Shown: positions 54,980 to 64,000 of the stretch, in pieces
Layout: each line of letters opens with the position of its first letter
Numbering within the stretch: position 1 is the first letter of the stretch
IMG/VR virus record: IMGVR_UViG_3300020152_000024
Span: 1,382 to 65,381 of that record
DNA: 64,000 bases
Source of the DNA: a virus
Lineage: Duplodnaviria > Caudoviricetes
Reading direction: 5' to 3' (one strand)
The notes under the pieces: model-generated
Told to the model about the DNA's origin: nothing
What the model saw: only the letters and a program-made list of their open reading frames with translations
Databases searched by the model: none
Made by a program: the position numbers and the translations under genes

Positions 54980-56679
54980 TGGCGCACGACCTTCAACACA
55001 CTGCGCCCGCGGCGGACGGCATCGATCACACGGCCGTCGTGGTTGAGAGCGCGGCGCCGGCTGCGCGTGCAGAACAGTCGGCAACCTCCTCCCCAGCGGA
55101 GAAGCCGGCGGCTGGCTTAGCAGCCCAGCCGCCGGCCGTGGCGCTCGAACACAAGACGCTGGCGCTCGCCCTGCTTGCGGCGCAGCGCGACGCGAAAGAA
55201 ATCGTCAAGGACGCGCGCAACGAAGGCGGGCCAAACCAGCAGGCCTATGATTACGCCACGCTGCCGAACGTCTATGCGCAGGCGCGCTCCGTTATCAACG
55301 CGCACGGCCTCATCTTGAGTCATCACGGGCGCATGCGCGATGTCGCGGGCGCCGGCATGTACGTGATGGAAACGCGCATCACGCACGCCAAGAGCGGCAA
55401 GTCCGAGGTGTGCGAGTTTCCCATCTGCAAAGGCTTTTTGCCGCCTCGCCAGACCGGCGAGCTGATGACCTATGCGCAGCGTTACAACACGCTCGCGATC
55501 CTGGCGCTTGCGCCGAAGGAACGCGACACAGACGGCGACGGCGTGGGTTCGACCGCCAGTCCGAAACGCGATGGCCCCACCGCCGCGTTGCCCGCGCCGT
55601 CGTCTGCCGCCCGCGAGCGCCTGATGCTGATCGACGCGTCGGGCCTCATCTATCGCGCCTATCACGCCTGCCCGGCGCTGGTGCGCGAAAGCGACGGCCA
55701 GCCGGTCGGCGCCGTGCTGGGCTTCGTCGGCATGCTCTCGAAACTCTTGAGCGATGCGCCCGAGCGCGTCGCCGTCGTGTTCGATGCCGGCAAGCGGACG
55801 TTCCGGCATGCGCTCTTTGCCGATTACAAGGCCAACCGTCCGCCGACGCCAGATGATCTTTCGCGCCAGATGCCGCTCTTTCGCGACGCCGCCCGCGCCA
55901 TGGGCCTTGCTGTGGTGGAGACGGCAGGCTTCGAGGCTGACGATATCCTCGCCACCTATGCCCGCGCGGCGGCGAGTGACGGCGCTCATGTCACCGTCGT
56001 GTCTGCTGATAAAGACTTGATGCAGCTCGTCAGCGAGCGCATCGCGCTCTACGATCCCAAGGCCGAGCGCTTCATCGACCGCCAAGCGGTGATCGATAAA
56101 TTGGGCGTCGGCCCCGAGCGCGCGATCGATGCGCAAGCGCTGATCGGCGACACCGCCGACAACGTGCCGGGCGCACCCGGCATCGGCGCGGTCTGGGCGA
56201 GCGAATTGCTCGGCAAGTTCGGTACGGTCGAAGCGATGATCGCCCGCGCCGATGAGATCGATGGCTCCAAGCGCGATGTCATCGTCACCCACGCCGCCCA
56301 GATCATGCTCTCCAAGCGCCTTGTGGCGCTCGCCACCGACGTTCCGATGGCGACGCCATGGCAGAGCCTCACCCGCGCCGACGCCGACGTGAGCGCGTTT
56401 ATCGAGGGCCTGGGGCCGCACGCTGAAGCCAGCGCCGCTCCCTCCCCACCTCCCCCCTCTGAGGGGGAGGCGCGCGAAGAAGGCGACGCCAAGTTCTACA
56501 CTTCGATGCTGCAGCATCTGTCGCGCTGTCACACCGCGCCTGAGTTCGATGCGTGGCTCGCCATGTGCACGATGGATGCGCTGAAGAAGTGCACCAAGGC
56601 GCAGCGCGACAGCTTGCGCTCCGAGCATGAGCGCCAGCGCGCGCAAAAGCTTGGCGCCGCCATGGCGGGAGGCGTGTGA
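54979..56679 (+). CDS. ERF-family single-strand annealing protein fused to a PolI-type 5'-3' exonuclease
   Basis: YATL...GEL.TYAQRY...DTDG (ERF); LIDAS..YRAYHA, FD, YKANR, EADD, DKD, GD.ADNVPG.PGIG (FEN/5'-3' exonuclease). Confidence 0.88.
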   Translation: MAHDLQHTAPAADGIDHTAVVVESAAPAARAEQSATSSPAEKPAAGLAAQPPAVALEHKTLALALLAAQRDAKEIVKDARNEGGPNQQAYDYATLPNVYAQARSVINAHGLILSHHGRMRDVAGAGMYVMETRITHAKSGKSEVCEFPICKGFLPPRQTGELMTYAQRYNTLAILALAPKERDTDGDGVGSTASPKRDGPTAALPAPSSAARERLMLIDASGLIYRAYHACPALVRESDGQPVGAVLGFVGMLSKLLSDAPERVAVVFDAGKRTFRHALFADYKANRPPTPDDLSRQMPLFRDAARAMGLAVVETAGFEADDILATYARAAASDGAHVTVVSADKDLMQLVSERIALYDPKAERFIDRQAVIDKLGVGPERAIDAQALIGDTADNVPGAPGIGAVWASELLGKFGTVEAMIARADEIDGSKRDVIVTHAAQIMLSKRLVALATDVPMATPWQSLTRADADVSAFIEGLGPHAEASAAPSPPPPSEGEAREEGDAKFYTSMLQHLSRCHTAPEFDAWLAMCTMDALKKCTKAQRDSLRSEHERQRAQKLGAAMAGGV

Positions 56680-56921
56680 TGGCGCGCCGCTCCACCACCA
56701 AGCCCGAAGTCAATTACCTCGGCAACAAGGCCCTCGCTGAGCGCCAAGCCGAGCGCATCCGCACCAAGTGGCGCGCGCTGGGCTACGAGGTGAAGGTCGA
56801 GGTCATTCCGGGCGAGTTCACGCCCGCTTGGCGCTGCACCCCCTACTTCATCCGCTCCGATCTCACGCTCAGCGGACGCCCGCCGGAATCGGCGCGCATC
56901 AGCGAAGGAAAAACGCAATGA
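56679..56921 (+). CDS. Hypothetical protein
   Basis: GGAGG RBS; W..LGY.V...IRSDL. Confidence 0.65.
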   Translation: MARRSTTKPEVNYLGNKALAERQAERIRTKWRALGYEVKVEVIPGEFTPAWRCTPYFIRSDLTLSGRPPESARISEGKTQ

Positions 56922-58435
56922 GCAACGCCGCACAGACGAAGTCGCAATTCGACGGCGTCGATAGCTACGATCTTGTCAGAGAGCTGGTTGACCGCGGCCA
57001 TGCGCCCAAGGTGCTGGCCGATATCAAGACGACGACCTTAGTGGATGAGATGGGCGACCGCATTGGCGACGGCGCGGTCTTACAATTCATCGATCGCCAC
57101 GCCGATCACAGCGGGTGCTTGGACGAAGACGACATTATCCCGCTCGCATCGGCCAGCGCTGACGAGCTGCTTGAAGCGCTCGCCGAACACGCCTGGGGGG
57201 GGGGGGATATGCGGTCCGCTGATGTCGTCGCCGCCTATGGGCGAATGGTTTTCGACGCGCCGATCGTGCGTGTCGGCGGGCTGCCGGATGCGTCCCTCGA
57301 AGACGGCGCGCTCGTAATCGCCGCCGGCGACCTCGCTCATGCGTTGACGCAGGTCGCATCGGTTATCGAGCGGCGAAACACCATCCCGATCCTGGGCGAT
57401 GTGCGCGTCGAAGCGGGCGCTGGCTATGTCACCTTCATCGGCACCGATCTCGATATCGAAATCCGCACGCGCTTCGATCTCCACCGGTGCGTTGGCAAAT
57501 CCTTCAAGGCGTGCTTCCAGCCGCACGCCCTGCTCGCCTTGGCGCGCCGGCTGCATGTCGAGGCCCTCATCACCTTGCGCGTCGTCGCCGACGAAGGCCG
57601 CGTCCTGGTCGAGTGGATGGGCGGGACGCTCACCCTTGCTTATCGCGATGTCGCCGACTTCCCGGAGTTTCACGTCGAGGGCGCGCACTTCCTCAAGGGC
57701 GAATCCAATGGCGAACTGATCGAGGCCTTCGACCGGCTGAGCCATTACATCTCCACCGAAGAGACGCGCTATTACCTGAACGGCATCGCCATCAGCGGCG
57801 ACATGGGCGCGCCGGCCGCGGTGGCGACGGACGGTCATCGGCTCTATGCCCTGCCCGCCGCGCTGCCCGAAGAAATCGCAGCGCATCGCATCATCATTCC
57901 TCGCAAGACGATTGAAACCGTTCGCCGGCTGCTGCGCGGGCTCGGCGCCTTTGATGTTTCGGTTCACGGCGCCGAGCCCGACCGCATCTGCTTCACAGGT
58001 CCTGGAATTGCCGTGCGCTCCAAACTGATCGACGGCAAGTTTCCCGAATGGGACAAAGTGGTGCGCCCGACGCTCACGCAGCCGCGCACCACCAGCATCG
58101 ATCGGATGGCCCTGCTCAGCGCAGTCGAGCAGGCGATCCCGTTCGGACCTGAGCGCAGCGCTTCTGTTCGCCTGCAGGCCGTCGGCGGGCGCTTGCTGAT
58201 CTCAGCCAGCAATCCCGATGTCGGCGCCGCGAAGGTCGATGTGGGACCGGTTGAAGGCGATCTCCTGGACGGCGATCCGGTGGGCTTCAATGGCGGCTAT
58301 CTCCGCACCGCGCTGCAGCAGCTGCGCGGCGAGCGCCTCACGCTTCGCGCTGGCGATGTGTCCAGCCCCTGCCTCTTCACCACGGAAGCGACCGCCGACG
58401 GCGAGTTCTGCATCCTCATGCCACTGCGGGTGTGA
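56918..58435 (+). CDS. dnaN: DNA polymerase III beta sliding clamp with acidic N-terminal extension
   Basis: RRNTIPIL, GTDLD, STEETRYYLNG, ATDGHRL, SKLIDGKFP, GFN..Y, LMPLRV. Confidence 0.9.
   Translation: MSNAAQTKSQFDGVDSYDLVRELVDRGHAPKVLADIKTTTLVDEMGDRIGDGAVLQFIDRHADHSGCLDEDDIIPLASASADELLEALAEHAWGGGDMRSADVVAAYGRMVFDAPIVRVGGLPDASLEDGALVIAAGDLAHALTQVASVIERRNTIPILGDVRVEAGAGYVTFIGTDLDIEIRTRFDLHRCVGKSFKACFQPHALLALARRLHVEALITLRVVADEGRVLVEWMGGTLTLAYRDVADFPEFHVEGAHFLKGESNGELIEAFDRLSHYISTEETRYYLNGIAISGDMGAPAAVATDGHRLYALPAALPEEIAAHRIIIPRKTIETVRRLLRGLGAFDVSVHGAEPDRICFTGPGIAVRSKLIDGKFPEWDKVVRPTLTQPRTTSIDRMALLSAVEQAIPFGPERSASVRLQAVGGRLLISASNPDVGAAKVDVGPVEGDLLDGDPVGFNGGYLRTALQQLRGERLTLRAGDVSSPCLFTTEATADGEFCILMPLRV
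57195..57206 (+). repeat. G12 homopolymer in the dnaN fusion
   Basis: TGG GGG GGG GGG GAT ATG. Confidence 0.9.
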
Positions 58436-58437
58436 TC

Positions 58438-58629
58438 ATGGCATTCGATGAAAGCGAAGCGGCCGTCGCGCTCGAAGAGGCGCTCGAACTTCAGATCGTC
58501 GCCCGAACGCTGAAGGATGTGCATCTCGCCCAGCGCGGCTCGTTCGACAAAACCGCCGATAGCTTGGCGCGCATCGAACGCCACTTCGAGCGGCTCGGCG
58601 AGCATCTGCGCGCGGGCGCATCGTCGTGA
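58438..58629 (+). CDS. Hypothetical protein
   Basis: In-operon ORF. Confidence 0.55.
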   Translation: MAFDESEAAVALEEALELQIVARTLKDVHLAQRGSFDKTADSLARIERHFERLGEHLRAGASS

Positions 58630-58889
58630 GAAACGTCCGCCTCACCGATGAGCAGATCAGCATATTGATCCTGATGCTCGATAAGGGCGCGGTGTCCGAA
58701 GGCGCGAGCGCCACCATGGGCGAACTCGACATGCCTCAGGGGCGCGGGCCGCTGACGCGTCTGCGCAGCTTTGGCCTGGTGCGCTCGCTGCAGGAAGACA
58801 AGACCTACCGGTCGGGAAGCATCCGCTACTGGCTTTCCGAACGCGGTCTGGAGCGCGCCCAATTCGAGAAGGGAGCGATGGCGGCATGA
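58626..58889 (+). CDS. Winged-HTH-like protein
   Basis: LTRLRSFGLV...YWLSERG. Confidence 0.6.
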   Translation: MRNVRLTDEQISILILMLDKGAVSEGASATMGELDMPQGRGPLTRLRSFGLVRSLQEDKTYRSGSIRYWLSERGLERAQFEKGAMAA

Positions 58890-59049
58890 AGCCTTGGGCC
58901 TCTCTCCTGCGCGTCTCCGAATTCTACGCCGCCATCATGGTGAAGGTGGAATGTGGCTGCGGATCGGTGCGCGGCGACCGCGCAATGGTTCAACGCGATG
59001 CGCATGACCGCTACCGGCTGCGGCTGCGCTGTGTGGAGCATGTACCGGC

Positions 59050-59259
59050 ATGAGCAACCTGGAAATCTTCATGCTGCTCGCCGCCGGCATCTGCTTCGTC
59101 GAGATGCTGCGCCGGGCCACCTTCTGGGCGGGCGATAATCCGGAGCTGCTGCTTTCGCGCACGCCGCTGCTCGAATGGGCGAAGATGAACATGCTCCTGC
59201 TCACCAGCATCGTGCTGATTGTCGTGGTGGCGTCGCGCGCGTTTCGAGGCGCGCCATGA
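59050..59259 (+). CDS. Small two-TM membrane protein
   Basis: Two hydrophobic helices; ATGA coupling. Confidence 0.55.
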   Translation: MSNLEIFMLLAAGICFVEMLRRATFWAGDNPELLLSRTPLLEWAKMNMLLLTSIVLIVVVASRAFRGAP

Positions 59260-59657
59260 GCGACCGCGCCTATCCTCTACCCCGGCGCGTCGGCCAAGTG
59301 TCGGCGCTGGAAATCGTCGATGTGTTGAAGCGTGCGCGATGCAACCTCTCGAGCGAGACGCGCACGCAAGCTGAATTGTTCGAACACCTAAAGCGAGAGC
59401 TGCCGGCCGTCGCCGACGCCTTCCAGCGCGAGGTGCGCCTCTCTTCGAAGGAGCGCGTCGATATCTGGATCAACGGTATCGTCATCGAAGTGAAGCTCGA
59501 TGGCTCGGCCTTCAGCATCTACCGCCAGCTCGTGCGCTACGCCGAAAAGCCGGCGGTCGAGGCGATCATCCTCGCCACCAACAAGACCATGTGTCTGCCC
59601 GACAAGATCGAGGGCAAGCCCGCTTTCACCGTGAGCCTAGGATTGGGATGGATCTGA
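59256..59657 (+). CDS. PD-(D/E)xK (GxxExxY-like) nuclease
   Basis: REV......RVDIW...IVIEVK.....QLVRY. Confidence 0.72.
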   Translation: MSDRAYPLPRRVGQVSALEIVDVLKRARCNLSSETRTQAELFEHLKRELPAVADAFQREVRLSSKERVDIWINGIVIEVKLDGSAFSIYRQLVRYAEKPAVEAIILATNKTMCLPDKIEGKPAFTVSLGLGWI

Positions 59658-59869
59658 TGCAGTACGTTCAATGCGCGTTCGGCGAGAGCAAGCGCGGCTA
59701 CACCTACGTGAACGAAGGCGACCGGCTCGAAGTCGGCGCCCGCGTACTGGTCGAGCGAAACGGCAAACAAATTCCCGTCACCGTGACCGCGATAGACGTG
59801 GCGCCGCTCGATGTTGCCAAGCCGGTCCTCGGCCCGGCGCCGGCGAAAGACGCGGCGGTGGCGCCATGA
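59657..59869 (+). CDS. Small beta-barrel hypothetical protein
   Basis: F.ES.R.YTY......VG..V.V. Confidence 0.6.
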   Translation: MQYVQCAFGESKRGYTYVNEGDRLEVGARVLVERNGKQIPVTVTAIDVAPLDVAKPVLGPAPAKDAAVAP

Positions 59870-60129
59870 GCCGCGTCGCCACCCGCATCGATCGCAAGGT
59901 CGGCGCGCGCGTGCGCAAGCGCCGCCTCGAATTGCGCATCTCCCAAGAGCGCTTCGCCGACTTGCTGAGCGTGACCTTCCAGCAGGTGCAAAAGTACGAG
60001 AAGGGCACAAACCGCATCGCCGCGTCCCGGCTCTACCGGATGACGCAAGTCCTGGACGTGAACGCAGCCTATTTCTTCCAGGACCTCGACCGCGTGCATC
60101 GCCGGGCCAGTGAGGAGGCGCGCCGCTGA
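59866..60129 (+). CDS. XRE-family HTH regulator
   Basis: SQE..A..L.VTFQQVQKYEKGTNR. Confidence 0.88.
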   Translation: MSRVATRIDRKVGARVRKRRLELRISQERFADLLSVTFQQVQKYEKGTNRIAASRLYRMTQVLDVNAAYFFQDLDRVHRRASEEARR

Positions 60130-61808
60130 TGCGACGCACCTACGGCGCCCTCTCCTACACGCCGCACGGCGGCGAATGGATCATGGCTGAGGTCGAACCT
60201 CACGTCGTGATCCAGCTGAAGGCTCTATTCCGGCACATCCCGAAGGCCTCGCCTGCGCCGTTCGTGTTTCCGGACAGCCTCGACAACGCGATGAACCTCG
60301 AATGGTTCACACAGCGCTATCCGATGCGCATCAGCGAAGACGATCTCGCCCGGCTCCAGAACGGGCGCTTCGCCTTCGACAACATGCAAGCCGAGATGAA
60401 CCGGATTCTGCAGCCGGAATATCAGTCGCCCGGCTATGCGGGCCTGCGCCCCAATTTCGAGATACGGAACTACCAAGCCCAAGCCATCGAAGTGCTGCGC
60501 CGCTCACATGGTCTGGCGCTCTGCGATGAGGTCGGGCTCGGAAAGACCTACGCGACGGCCGGCGCATGCCTGATGGACGATGCGCTGCCGGCGATCATCG
60601 TCTGCTCCACGCACCTGCAAAAGCAATGGGCGCAGGTGATGGCGAAATTCACCACGCTCTGGCCCTACTGCATCCGCGGCACCCAGCCCTACACCCTGCC
60701 GCGCGCCGATGTTTACATCTTCCGCTACTCACAGATCGTCGGCTGGGCCGATCAGTTCGAACTGATCAAGCCAAAGCTCGTGGCCTTCGATGAAGTCCAG
60801 GACCTGCGCTCGGGCATCGGCACCGAAAGCCAGCGCGTGCAAAAGGGCCTAGCGGCGCTGCGCCTGGCGCGCCTCGCCAAATACAAGCTCGGCCTCAGCG
60901 CCACGCCGATCTACAATTACGGCTCTGAAATCTTCAACATCATGATGTTCCTCAATGAGCAGGTGTTGGGGCCGCGCGAAGACTTCATGCGCGAGTGGTG
61001 CACCGGGCGTCACATCAACGACGGCGAAGCGCTGGGCGCTTATCTGCGCGACCAATTCTGTTTCCTGCGGCGGACCAAAAAGGACGTCGGTCAGGAAATG
61101 CCGCCGGTCAACCGCATCGTCAAAACCATCGACTATGACGAAGCCGCGGTGCGCGCGATCGATGAGCTGGCGCGCAAGCTCGCGACGCAAGCCACCACAG
61201 GATCGTTCACCGAGCGCGGCCAAGCGGTGCGCGAGCTGGACATGCGCGTGCGCCAACAAACCGGCGTCGCGAAAGCCAAGAGCGTCGCCGCCTTCGTGCG
61301 CATCTTGGTTGAAGGCGGAACGCCGGTGCTGCTCACCGGCTGGCACCGCGAAGTCTACGACATCTGGACCAAGGAATTAGAAGACCTCAAACCGGCCATG
61401 TATACGGGCTCGGAGAGCGCAGCGCGCAAGAACAGCGAGGCGCTTCGCTTCCTCGAAGGCGACACCGACATTCTGATCATGAGCCTGCGCTCCGGCGCAG
61501 GTCTCGACGGTTTGCAGCAACGCTGCTCGACCGTCGTCTTCGGTGAACTCGATTGGTCGCCGGGCGTGCATCACCAGGTCATCGGCCGGCTCGACCGTGA
61601 GGGCCAGAAGGATCCGGTGACGGCGCTCTTCCTCGTGGTCGAAGACGGCTCCGATCCGCCGATGATGGACATTCTCGGCCTCAAAGCGAGCGAAGCTGCG
61701 CAAATTCTCGATCCCACCTTGGGCGTGCAAGCCGCACACACCGATGAAAGCCATCTGCGCTCGCTGGTCGAGCGCTACCTCACGAAAAAGAAGGGACGCA
61801 ACGCATGA
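60129..61808 (+). CDS. SNF2-family helicase
   Basis: DEVGLGKT, FDEVQ, LSATPI.N, GAGLDGLQ, Q.IGRLDR.GQ. Confidence 0.9.
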   Translation: MRRTYGALSYTPHGGEWIMAEVEPHVVIQLKALFRHIPKASPAPFVFPDSLDNAMNLEWFTQRYPMRISEDDLARLQNGRFAFDNMQAEMNRILQPEYQSPGYAGLRPNFEIRNYQAQAIEVLRRSHGLALCDEVGLGKTYATAGACLMDDALPAIIVCSTHLQKQWAQVMAKFTTLWPYCIRGTQPYTLPRADVYIFRYSQIVGWADQFELIKPKLVAFDEVQDLRSGIGTESQRVQKGLAALRLARLAKYKLGLSATPIYNYGSEIFNIMMFLNEQVLGPREDFMREWCTGRHINDGEALGAYLRDQFCFLRRTKKDVGQEMPPVNRIVKTIDYDEAAVRAIDELARKLATQATTGSFTERGQAVRELDMRVRQQTGVAKAKSVAAFVRILVEGGTPVLLTGWHREVYDIWTKELEDLKPAMYTGSESAARKNSEALRFLEGDTDILIMSLRSGAGLDGLQQRCSTVVFGELDWSPGVHHQVIGRLDREGQKDPVTALFLVVEDGSDPPMMDILGLKASEAAQILDPTLGVQAAHTDESHLRSLVERYLTKKKGRNA

Positions 61809-62125
61809 GCCCCGACTCGAGCGAGTGCATGGAGCGGGCTAAGAAGCTGCTCGCCGCCACGCGCAAGCAAAACAGCGCCGATGCGCCCTCTCCGGAAGCG
61901 GCCGAGGAAGCAGCATTGGGCGTGGCGCTCATGTGCATTCTGTCGGCTTCGACTGAGCGCGTGCCGAGTGCTGATCGGATCAGCGCGATGGTCGGCGTCA
62001 TCCTCACCATCGCGCACCATCAGAACGATCCGCCCGAGGCAGTCGCTTCAACGCTGCTTGCTTGCGTGGCGCGGCTCGCCCCGACCGTCGATTTCGTCAA
62101 CGCCAAAGGGATGACACCACAATGA
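61805..62125 (+). CDS. Hypothetical protein
   Basis: ATGA coupling. Confidence 0.55.
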   Translation: MSPDSSECMERAKKLLAATRKQNSADAPSPEAAEEAALGVALMCILSASTERVPSADRISAMVGVILTIAHHQNDPPEAVASTLLACVARLAPTVDFVNAKGMTPQ

Positions 62126-62676
62126 AGCGGGCCGAAGTCGACAACAAAGCCAAGATATTGCTGCACACGCTGCGCAAGGCGATGCGCGCTGAAGCCGGGC
62201 CAGACGCAGACGATGCGCTGATCGATCGCGCTGCGGTCGGCCGCGCCGTGGTGGCGCTGATCGAAGCCGATGTAGAGCGCGGCAGTAAAGACCCGATCGG
62301 CGCCATTCTCGGCGGCATCGTCATGACGCAGCAAGCCGCCGGCTTCACTGAAGCCGAGGCGCGCTTCCAGGTGGAAGCCAAGTTCACCGATGTCTGGGGC
62401 CAAGGCGGCGAAAAGCTCGAAGCAGACGCAGCGTTTGCCGCCGGCGATCATTACGCCACGCGCACCATGCAGGGCCTCCTCTTCTCGCTCGCGCCGGGAA
62501 ATCACGTTGACATGCTGATGGGCATGCTGAGCGCGATCTTAGAAGCGTTCTGGGCTGCGCGCGATGAAGCCCAGCCGCCCGAAATCATCCGCGCCAAGAT
62601 GGAAACCATGTGCCGGTCGATGATCGAAGGCTGCCGCGCCGAGGTTGAAATCCAGCGCACGGTGCAAACGCAGTGA
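62122..62676 (+). CDS. Hypothetical protein
   Basis: ATGA coupling. Confidence 0.6.
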   Translation: MKRAEVDNKAKILLHTLRKAMRAEAGPDADDALIDRAAVGRAVVALIEADVERGSKDPIGAILGGIVMTQQAAGFTEAEARFQVEAKFTDVWGQGGEKLEADAAFAAGDHYATRTMQGLLFSLAPGNHVDMLMGMLSAILEAFWAARDEAQPPEIIRAKMETMCRSMIEGCRAEVEIQRTVQTQ

Positions 62677-62879
62677 CGCCTGAGGAGGCATACGCGCTTT
62701 CGGAGCGCCGCCTGGAGAGCCGCACCTGCCGGTGCTGCGAAGTATCGTTCCGGGGCGCCGAGCATCAGGACTATTGCGCGGCCTGCTCCGGCGGATCGTG
62801 CCGTCACTGCGGCGGCGACGCACTGGAGCGCGCCCTCGCCCATCGAGACAAACGCCAACAGGACCTTTTCCGCGCATGA
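62673..62879 (+). CDS. Cys-rich Zn-finger protein
   Basis: CRCC, CAAC, CRHC. Confidence 0.55.
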   Translation: MTPEEAYALSERRLESRTCRCCEVSFRGAEHQDYCAACSGGSCRHCGGDALERALAHRDKRQQDLFRA

Positions 62880-64000
62880 CCCCTTTCGACACCCTCGATG
62901 TCTTCCAGGAATTCTCGGCCTATGACGGGCGCGAGCTGATCGTTGACAACTTCGCCGGCGGCGGCGGCGCAAGCGAGGGCATCAAGCGCGCGCTTGGCCG
63001 CGAGCCCGACATTGCGATCAATCACGACGCCGATGCGCTCGCCATGCATGAGGTCAACCACCCGGCGACGAAGCACATCTCCAAGAACATCTGGCAGGTC
63101 GATCCCTTAGACGCCATCGAAGGCAAGCCGGTCGGGCTCGCGTGGTTTTCGCCCGACTGCAAGCACTTCTCCAAAGCCAAGGGCGGCAAACCGGTGAAGC
63201 GCGAAATCCGCGACCTCGCCTGGGTTGTCGTCAATTGGGCCAAGCGCGCCAAGCCGCGCGTGATCATCCTCGAAAACGTCGAGGAGTTCGTCACCTGGGG
63301 GCCGTTGAAAGACGGCCTGCCCTGCCCAGAGCGGAAGGGCGAGACGTTCAAGTCCTGGATCGGCCAGCTGCGCAAGCTCGGCTACAAGGTCGAACACCGC
63401 GAGCTTCGCGCCTGCGACTATGGCGCGCCGACGGTGCGTAAGCGCTTCTTCCTGATCGCCCGCCGCGACAAGAAGAAGATCGTCTGGCCGGCGCCGACGC
63501 ACGGCGCGCCCGATTCGGCCGACGTGATCGCCGGCAAGAAGAAGCCCTGGCGCACGGCCGCCGAGATCATCGATTGGTCGCTGCCCTGCCCGTCGATCTT
63601 CATGACGCGCGAAGAAGCGAAAGAGTATTACGCGCGCACTGGCATTCGCGTGAACCGCCCGCTGGCGGACGCCACTATGGCCCGCATCGCGCGCGGCGTG
63701 CAGCGCTTCGTCATCGACAACGCCAAGCCGTTCATCGTGCCGGTCACGCACGCGGGCGACCTGCGCGTGAACTCGATCGATGAGCCGCTGCGGACGCAGA
63801 CGACGGCGAACCGCGGCGAGCATGCTTTGGTGACACCGACCGTAGTCCCGTTCGCGCACCTTCCGGCCATGATCCGCGATGACATGGGCTTGTCGCCCTA
63901 CCTCGTGCCCCGCTACGGCGAGCGCGACGGCCAAGAGCCGCGTCACCGCTCAGTCGAAGAGCCGTACCCCACGGTCGTGGGCACCGGCAACGAAGCGTCA
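62876..64000 (+). CDS. dcm: C5 DNA cytosine methyltransferase (runs off the window)
   Basis: DNFAGGGGAS, FSPDCKHFS, LENVEEF, R.R.FL. Confidence 0.92.
   Translation, partial: MTPFDTLDVFQEFSAYDGRELIVDNFAGGGGASEGIKRALGREPDIAINHDADALAMHEVNHPATKHISKNIWQVDPLDAIEGKPVGLAWFSPDCKHFSKAKGGKPVKREIRDLAWVVVNWAKRAKPRVIILENVEEFVTWGPLKDGLPCPERKGETFKSWIGQLRKLGYKVEHRELRACDYGAPTVRKRFFLIARRDKKKIVWPAPTHGAPDSADVIAGKKKPWRTAAEIIDWSLPCPSIFMTREEAKEYYARTGIRVNRPLADATMARIARGVQRFVIDNAKPFIVPVTHAGDLRVNSIDEPLRTQTTANRGEHALVTPTVVPFAHLPAMIRDDMGLSPYLVPRYGERDGQEPRHRSVEEPYPTVVGTGNEAS

Larger units (their letters stand above)
1..64000. mobile_element. Temperate myovirus-type phage genome (probably excised/circularly permuted, incomplete at both ends)
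   Basis: Integrase, cI/cro, terminase, portal, capsid, sheath, baseplate and lysis genes; no host housekeeping context; intact attP. Confidence 0.93.

Noticed and set aside
54979-58435. Host chromosomal polA/dnaN marking a prophage boundary
   Set aside because: There is no polymerase domain, both genes are fused to phage-type domains, and they sit in a coupled phage operon without dnaA/recF/gyrB context.

Overview
The window is most of the genome of a temperate, contractile-tailed (myovirus-type) phage with high GC and alphaproteobacterial character; a Caulobacterales-like host is an inference from its SciP-like, RHH_4 and DnaA-C-like genes. No host chromosome flanks are visible. The attP site in the 3' end of the large serine integrase appears intact, and both window ends lie in + strand early-type gene clusters, so this is probably the excised or circularly permuted form. 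Layout: early accessory genes and integrase (1-7 kb, +); lysis, tail fibres, baseplate, tail, head and terminase (7-39.8 kb, -); a ~0.9 kb hairpin-rich non-coding block containing an aberrant tRNA-like gene (40.1-41.0 kb); a small + strand cluster driven by repeated promoter/operator cassettes (41-43 kb); a cro-side operon with replication initiator and origin, DnaA-C-like and SciP-like genes and a helicase-MTase (43-51.7 kb, -); cI with operators; and a recombination/replication operon with an ERF::5'-3' exonuclease fusion, a DnaN clamp with a G12 tract, an SNF2 helicase and a C5 MTase (52.5-64 kb, +). The most unusual observations are the tRNA-like RNA with an 8-bp/8-nt anticodon arm inside a candidate large ncRNA, the ERF-exonuclease fusion, a TAGGGGCCCCTA operator regulon, cell-cycle regulator mimics, and an internal attB-like site. 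All family assignments were made by eye from motifs; no searches were run.
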